NCBI GenBank assembly: GCA_002498385.1
Contig: DAHH01000019.1
Span: 1,772-65,771, forward strand
Length of the DNA: 64,000 nt
Origin: Methanobacterium sp. UBA410
Lineage (GTDB): Archaea; Methanobacteriota; Methanobacteria; Methanobacteriales; Methanobacteriaceae
Direction of reading: 5' to 3'
Numbering within the stretch: the stretch's first letter is position 1; every line of letters starts with the position of its first letter. A program made the position numbers and the translations under genes. This document shows positions 59,079-64,000 of the stretch, piece after piece. The notes under the pieces were generated by a model. That model made no database searches, was not told the origin of the DNA, and saw only the letters and a program-made list of their open reading frames with translations.

Positions 59079-59379
59079 AGATATAGACCCCATGGTTTAC
59101 GCCGTGAACATGGTGGACTGCATGCTTGTGCTTGCTGTGGGCTTTCTGATCTTCACTGTGATGTCCATGGGTTTGCAGAGTATTGTTTTCAGCGACGCAA
59201 CACCCCAGCAGAAACAGGAAATGATAAAAACAGTGGCACAAACAGTCCAGGTCCAGCAGGGACAGCAGCTAAATGAAACACCTCAAACATCATCTGGATC
59301 AGGCTCAGGATATGCAGAAATGGGAAAAGTCTACAAAGATCCCTCAACAGGCAAACTTATCATGGTGCAGGGTTCTTGA
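59041..59379 (+). CDS. ExbD/TolR-like single-TM protein (DUF2149-like), truncated exterior domain
   Basis: 'RRRRRLSSSSEDIDPMVYAVNMVDCMLVLAVGFLIFTV' parallels the E. coli ExbD N-terminus 'INVTPFIDVMLVLLIIFMV', including the TM Asp. Overlaps the ExbB-like gene by 38 nt. Confidence 0.65.
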   Translation: MLRRRRRLSSSSEDIDPMVYAVNMVDCMLVLAVGFLIFTVMSMGLQSIVFSDATPQQKQEMIKTVAQTVQVQQGQQLNETPQTSSGSGSGYAEMGKVYKDPSTGKLIMVQGS

Positions 59380-59842
59380 AGTCTTTAAAACTAAATTTTA
59401 ATTTTTTTAATTATCCTTTTTTTAACTATCCTTTTTTTAACTATCTGATGTTGATGGGTTATTGAGGAATATGAATCCACATGAATTTAAATAAAATGTT
59501 AATGCTGATTGAAACTAATTTTAAAATTTATTTATAAAATTTTTATTTATAAAATTACAACAGGTACCTTTAGACTCTATGAGAATTTCTAGATTCTATG
59601 AATTTTTAATTAGAGCAAAAATTGTTTAAGACATCATGAAGAAGCTGCATGAAAAATTAAAAATCCTTCCGTTATTTCATAAGCTTTGCTTAATTCCTTA
59701 CTTTTTTTAAGCGTACCATTTGAGTTGGTTGCATGAAATAATTTTAATTGTTTACTTGTACTGTTTAGGCCCTCCTAAGAAAAGAATAATTAAAAATAAT
59801 CTATAAAAATAGAATCTCTGAAAAAATAGTATACTAAAAATG

Positions 59843-59890
59843 ATCTAAAAATTCTAAAATCTAAAAATTCTAAAATCTAAAAATTCTAAA
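59843..59890. repeat. 16-nt tandem repeat, three perfect copies (atctaaaaattctaaa) with degenerate copies to about 59920
   Basis: 59843-59858, 59859-59874 and 59875-59890 are identical. The same spacer also has 'tatcctttttttaac' x2 (approx. 59411-59446). Confidence 0.85.
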
Positions 59891-60043
59891 AATTCTAAAA
59901 ATTTCTTCTAAAAATTTCTATTAAACCAAAAATTTTTCTTAAATTAAAAAGGTTGGAATTTTGGGAAGTTAAAACTCCCCTTAAACGTTCCTCTTGAATT
60001 CTTGAGTTATATCCACTTTTGAGTTATATCCACCAAAACAGGA

Positions 60044-61075
60044 TTACTCTTCGCCCAGAAAGGCTTCCAGATCGAAGGAGAGTTCACTGGATATCTCTTT
60101 GAGCTGGTTGAAGAGTTTATCATCTAATTTAAATCCTTCTTCTTTATGTTTCTCAACGTTTCTGGCTTCAATATCTCCAGGGATGAGAACGTTTCCTGCA
60201 GCTTTGACCTCTTCAACAAAGTCGTCAACATTTTCCTCGAACTCTCCAAGGTCGCAGAACTTGGTTGGATCTATGGCCATTACAAGGTCACCCTTGGTAC
60301 ATGTGGCATCACAGTGAGCTGTTCCAGTTACCTTTGTACCGAAAGCTGCTTTCACAAGTGGACCTGAGAGTATTTCTATCATGAAGGCAAGCGCATAACC
60401 CTTGTGGGCTCCAAATGGCAGTATGGAACCTTTGAGTGCCTCGTTAGGATCCGTTGTTGGGTTGCCATCAGCATCCAGTGCAACGTTTTCTGGGATCTTC
60501 TCACCTTTACGTGCTGCCTCAAGGAGTTTTCCCCTTGCAGATGCGGATGTTGCCATGTCCATGGAAATGTAATTCTTATTTGAGGGTATGCCAATTGCAA
60601 GCGGGTTTGTACCTATTATGGGTTTTGTTCCACCAAGCGGAGCTACTGCAGGTTCTGTGTTGGCTATAACAATGCCTATCATGCCCTGCATCAGTGCCAT
60701 ATCTGAGTAGTAACCCGTTGCACCGAAGTGGTTTGAATTATGAACTCCAACAAGTCCAACACCAGTTTCATGTGCTTTTTCTATTGCAAGTTCCATTGCC
60801 CTGTAGGTTACAACGTGTCCAAACTTGTGGTTACCATTTATAAGGGCTGTGGACACGGTTTCCTTCTCTATCTCCATGTCCTGATCCTTTGTTATGAAGC
60901 CTAAGTTCAGTCCCTTCACGTACTGTGGGAATCTTCCAATTCCATGGGATGAAAAGCCCTTAAGATCCGCGTCTACAGTGACGTCTGCAACGATCTCTGC
61001 ATCCTCCTTCTGCACTCCCATTCTATCCAGGATCTCAAGAACTATTGATCTTTCCTGTTCTACTGTTATATTCAT
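60044..61075 (-). CDS. comC: L-sulfolactate dehydrogenase / (S)-2-hydroxyacid (malate) dehydrogenase, Ldh_2 family
   Basis: '[19 protein letters not shown]', '[15 protein letters not shown]', '[10 protein letters not shown]', '[11 protein letters not shown]'. 343 aa. Confidence 0.8.
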   Translation of the reverse strand: MNITVEQERSIVLEILDRMGVQKEDAEIVADVTVDADLKGFSSHGIGRFPQYVKGLNLGFITKDQDMEIEKETVSTALINGNHKFGHVVTYRAMELAIEKAHETGVGLVGVHNSNHFGATGYYSDMALMQGMIGIVIANTEPAVAPLGGTKPIIGTNPLAIGIPSNKNYISMDMATSASARGKLLEAARKGEKIPENVALDADGNPTTDPNEALKGSILPFGAHKGYALAFMIEILSGPLVKAAFGTKVTGTAHCDATCTKGDLVMAIDPTKFCDLGEFEENVDDFVEEVKAAGNVLIPGDIEARNVEKHKEEGFKLDDKLFNQLKEISSELSFDLEAFLGEE

Positions 61076-61187
61076 GTATGCACCTTCCGTTTTTTAAAAG
61101 TCTTCTTGTTACTAATTGGATTAGGTTATAGCAAAATTTTTCATCAAAAAAGAAAGCCCAAAAGCAATCAATAAAAATTTTTTTAGC

Positions 61188-62216
61188 TTACATCTCTATG
61201 ATACTGTCATCAAGGGCCTTTATTCTAACCTTTTCTTCTGTGTCTCTGGTGACGTATCCTATTTTATAAGCTTTGTTGTACTTTTCTATAACCTTTATGG
61301 TTCTCTCGGTATCTTCTTCCCCTACAATAATAACAAAACCAATACCCATATTAAAAACGTGGTACATCTCACTTAGGGGAACTCCCAGAGAGTAAATAGA
61401 TTTAAATATTGGATTCGGTTCAGGTAAACCATTTATATTGTAGCCAACACCATTTTTAAGCCTTTTAAGATTTGAAAATCCGCCGCCAGTTATGTGGGCA
61501 AGTCCGTGAACATCAACGTCAGTTTTTAAGAGTTCAACAACTGGTTTCACATATATTATGGTTGGTTCAAGTAGCTGGGAACCTACAGACGTGCTTGGAT
61601 CATCTGGAAGGGGATCATCCACGTTAAAACCACCTTTTTCAAATAAAACATTTCTTGCAAGACTTAAACCGTTGCTGTGGATTCCGCTACTTTCAACTCC
61701 GATTAAAACATCTCCCTCCCGGATGTGCTCTCCAGTTATGATTTTTTCCGAGTCAGCGATACCAATACCAGTACCTGCAAGGTCGAAGTTCTTTATTATC
61801 TCAGGGAGGGAAGCTGTTTCACCGCCTATCATTGCAACATTTGCCTGTTTTGCCCCTTCCAGGAGGCCTGCACCTATCTGACTTGCTACATTGGGGTCTG
61901 GTTTTTCAACTGCAAGGTAGTCAACCATTGCCACGGGTTCTGCTCCAACGCAGAGTATGTCATTTACAACCATTGCAACACAGTCTATACCAATTGTATC
62001 ATACTTTTCCATCATTTCAGCCACAAGTATCTTGCTTCCAACACCGTCAGTGCTCATTGCAATAGCCCTATCACCGAGCTTAACAAGTGCCGCGAAATGA
62101 CCGCTTTCTGTCATCACATCCCTGAACTTGAGGGTTTCTTTTAGTTTTGAGGTTAATGCAGAAACTGTTGCTCCCTCAAGGTCTATGTCAACCCCTGATT
62201 CTGAATAAGTTACCAT
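61188..62216 (-). CDS. purM: phosphoribosylformylglycinamidine cyclo-ligase (AIR synthetase)
   Basis: 'YSESGVDID', '[16 protein letters not shown]', '[19 protein letters not shown]', 'MIGGETA', 'HITGGGF'. ATG at 62216 follows GGTGA. Confidence 0.9.
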   Translation of the reverse strand: MVTYSESGVDIDLEGATVSALTSKLKETLKFRDVMTESGHFAALVKLGDRAIAMSTDGVGSKILVAEMMEKYDTIGIDCVAMVVNDILCVGAEPVAMVDYLAVEKPDPNVASQIGAGLLEGAKQANVAMIGGETASLPEIIKNFDLAGTGIGIADSEKIITGEHIREGDVLIGVESSGIHSNGLSLARNVLFEKGGFNVDDPLPDDPSTSVGSQLLEPTIIYVKPVVELLKTDVDVHGLAHITGGGFSNLKRLKNGVGYNINGLPEPNPIFKSIYSLGVPLSEMYHVFNMGIGFVIIVGEEDTERTIKVIEKYNKAYKIGYVTRDTEEKVRIKALDDSIIEM

Positions 62217-62326
62217 AAAATTCACCGTTTATTGATGTTTTTGAGTATTTATTTTGATATTTTGATTGATATCCAATTTTGATATCTGAATTTGATTCTG
62301 TTGTTGATAATTTAACATGGCAGGTA

Positions 62327-63394
62327 TCAACTGGAACCATCTATACTACCTTTCTCTTTTAGGTTAATTAATATATCTGCAACATGACTTAAAGCTGCAG
62401 CCCCGATCATCCGTGTGTTGTGGTCTTCATCATCCAGGAAGGATTCTAACCTGCGTAAATGCCCTTTTTCAAGGAAAGTGTTGGTATAAACAGTTGCTAA
62501 CTTATTTAAAGGGTTTTTTTCTTCGGATTCAATTTTTGTCAGTTGAGAAATGGGTAATACTCCCCTCTCCTCAACTAAGATATCCAGATCATCAAATATG
62601 GGTATTATATCATTTATTTTGGATAAAAAACTGTTTTTGTATATTGAGTAGGTCAACATGTTGTAACGAATTTTTAAATTCCTTCGAAGTTTAATTTCTG
62701 GTTTGAAGTTTGAGATCTTGAGTTTGTACTTGTACACAAGGTAATTCAAAACATTGCAAAACTGTGTTATTCTGGCTGAAATTTTGGCTAAAATTGAGGT
62801 TTCAGTTCTATCTTTGAAAACTGGTGAATTGGAATGTAATTCGAATTTTGGTGTTTTGAATGATAATTCAAAGGAGTTTAAGGTGGGTAAAACTGGAAAC
62901 TGGATTTGCAGGGATTTGAAATGTTGTTCAAGTTTGGATCTAAACTGGTTTTCCAGCTGGGTGGATAGTTTCGGTATAACCTCAACTGCCTCCAGCATTT
63001 CTGATCTGTTTAAAACTAGTTCCAGTGATTCTTCTGCACATTTTTGGACATCTGGGTCCTCATTGCTCATTAATGACCTGAGTTCGCTGATCATGATCCC
63101 ATTTAAGTGGGGTTCCTGATTTAATGAGGATAGGTTTCCAAGGGCGTAGGCCTCCACATCCTTTCTCTCATGTGAGAGAAGTACTAACGCGATTTTTAAA
63201 CCAATCTCTAAGTTATGGTTGGAGGTTTTTTTTAGAACAGTTTCCAGAATTTCTTTTAGATCTTCCAGATTTTTAGGATCATCTCTTATTACATATTTCT
63301 GATTTGATTCCTTTTTATTCAAATTTAAGTTTTTAAAAACCTTAATAGAACCATATTTGTTTTTATAACTTATCTCAGGCACCATATCCTCCAT
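62327..63394 (-). CDS. hypothetical protein, alpha-helical, possibly HEAT/ARM-like repeats at both ends
   Basis: ORF with coding-like composition. 'NEDPDVQKCAEESLELV' and 'DEDHNTRMIGAAALSHVAD' resemble HEAT repeat cores. The central part is Lys/Asn-rich. Confidence 0.45.
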   Translation of the reverse strand: MEDMVPEISYKNKYGSIKVFKNLNLNKKESNQKYVIRDDPKNLEDLKEILETVLKKTSNHNLEIGLKIALVLLSHERKDVEAYALGNLSSLNQEPHLNGIMISELRSLMSNEDPDVQKCAEESLELVLNRSEMLEAVEVIPKLSTQLENQFRSKLEQHFKSLQIQFPVLPTLNSFELSFKTPKFELHSNSPVFKDRTETSILAKISARITQFCNVLNYLVYKYKLKISNFKPEIKLRRNLKIRYNMLTYSIYKNSFLSKINDIIPIFDDLDILVEERGVLPISQLTKIESEEKNPLNKLATVYTNTFLEKGHLRRLESFLDDEDHNTRMIGAAALSHVADILINLKEKGSIDGSS

Positions 63395-64000
63395 TCCTCC
63401 TTATATCTTTTGAAAAAATATTGGTTCGAGGTTATCATAGGATCGATAACTATTAATATGTTGTAATTACAAACAATTAAGTTTTGTGGTATTACTAATA
63501 ATTGAAGTTCCAGTCTTTAATCAGAATTTTGAGTAAAAATAAGCATAAAAAAATTATAAAATTCCGTATAATGCCTTCCTGGAAAAAGGAGTTCTAACTG
63601 CAATGAACTTTAAAAAATGTTTTTCATGTATCAATTTTACAACTGGATTTGAATTTAAAGAAAGATTTGTTGTAAAAAAAATGATTTTCCAATTGTTCAA
63701 CGTATTGGAGCAATAAAAAATTTGTATGTCTACTTAAAACTATTCTAAAGAGTTTTTAAGCAAATAAAAGTGTAAATCAAAAAAAAGTTGGAAGAATTAA
63801 AGAAGATTAAGAAGTTCAAAAATGTGGTGTTTTTTTCACGACTTCTTGATTCTTCTTGGGCTTTTACAAAACCACTGGAAACTTAAATTACTATTGCCTT
63901 TTAAAAATTAAATGTTTATCTGAAATAAATTAATGCTTCTAAATTAATGCTTCCTTACAAAAAAGGTAGTTTCCTTTGGAACTACCAGTTTAAGTGTACA

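Noticed and set aside
59843-59920. Possible mini CRISPR array (also considered for 34477-34552).
   Set aside because: The repeats are contiguous with no spacers, only 16-19 nt long, AT-rich and non-palindromic. No cas genes lie nearby.
61558-62144. Plus-strand ORFs inside purM (61558-61881, 61725-62144, 61832-62065), and those inside comC (60099-60669).
   Set aside because: They are antisense to genes with unambiguous PurM and Ldh_2 motifs.

Overview
AT-rich euryarchaeal chromosome segment, almost certainly from a Methanobacteriales methanogen (Methanobacterium-like). Supporting gene content: fibrillarin plus Nop5, Hjc resolvase, a five-gene archaeal tRNA cluster, queD-queE (preQ0/archaeosine), coenzyme M genes comC/comD/comE, an Rnl3-type RNA ligase preceded by five tandem CBS-domain genes, and gatB, pyrD/pyrK, coaBC, pheA, purM, hisE. 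About two thirds of the window is ordinary housekeeping. The standout is a co-directional block of about 19 kb (40.4-59.4 kb) that sits between comD and comC. It encodes three very large secreted, anchored proteins: a 1532-aa DUF3344/PKD/CARDB/DUF11 wall protein, a 2394-aa DUF3344-CARDB-CobN fusion, and a 1478-aa CobN paralog. These are followed by a tight DUF2162 / ExbB-like / ExbD-like membrane triad. I read this as a candidate surface-exposed, proton-motive-force-coupled metal or tetrapyrrole acquisition system in an organism with no outer membrane, no TonB, and no adjacent AAA+ chelatase partner. Other notable items: a multiply lesioned homoserine dehydrogenase pseudogene; a heavily decayed IS1595-type transposase relic; comD and comE split by a MarR/flavoprotein/nitroreductase insert; an RNA ligase whose N-terminal zinc ribbon starts upstream of any canonical start codon and in frame with the preceding CBS gene; a rubredoxin-Hcp fusion; a solo Cas4-like nuclease; a radical SAM protein with a CX4CX2C motif; a CBS-ParB fusion; and many perfect short tandem duplications in intergenic spacers. 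No CRISPR array, rRNA or intact mobile element was seen. All family assignments come from reading the translated ORFs by eye. No searches were run.
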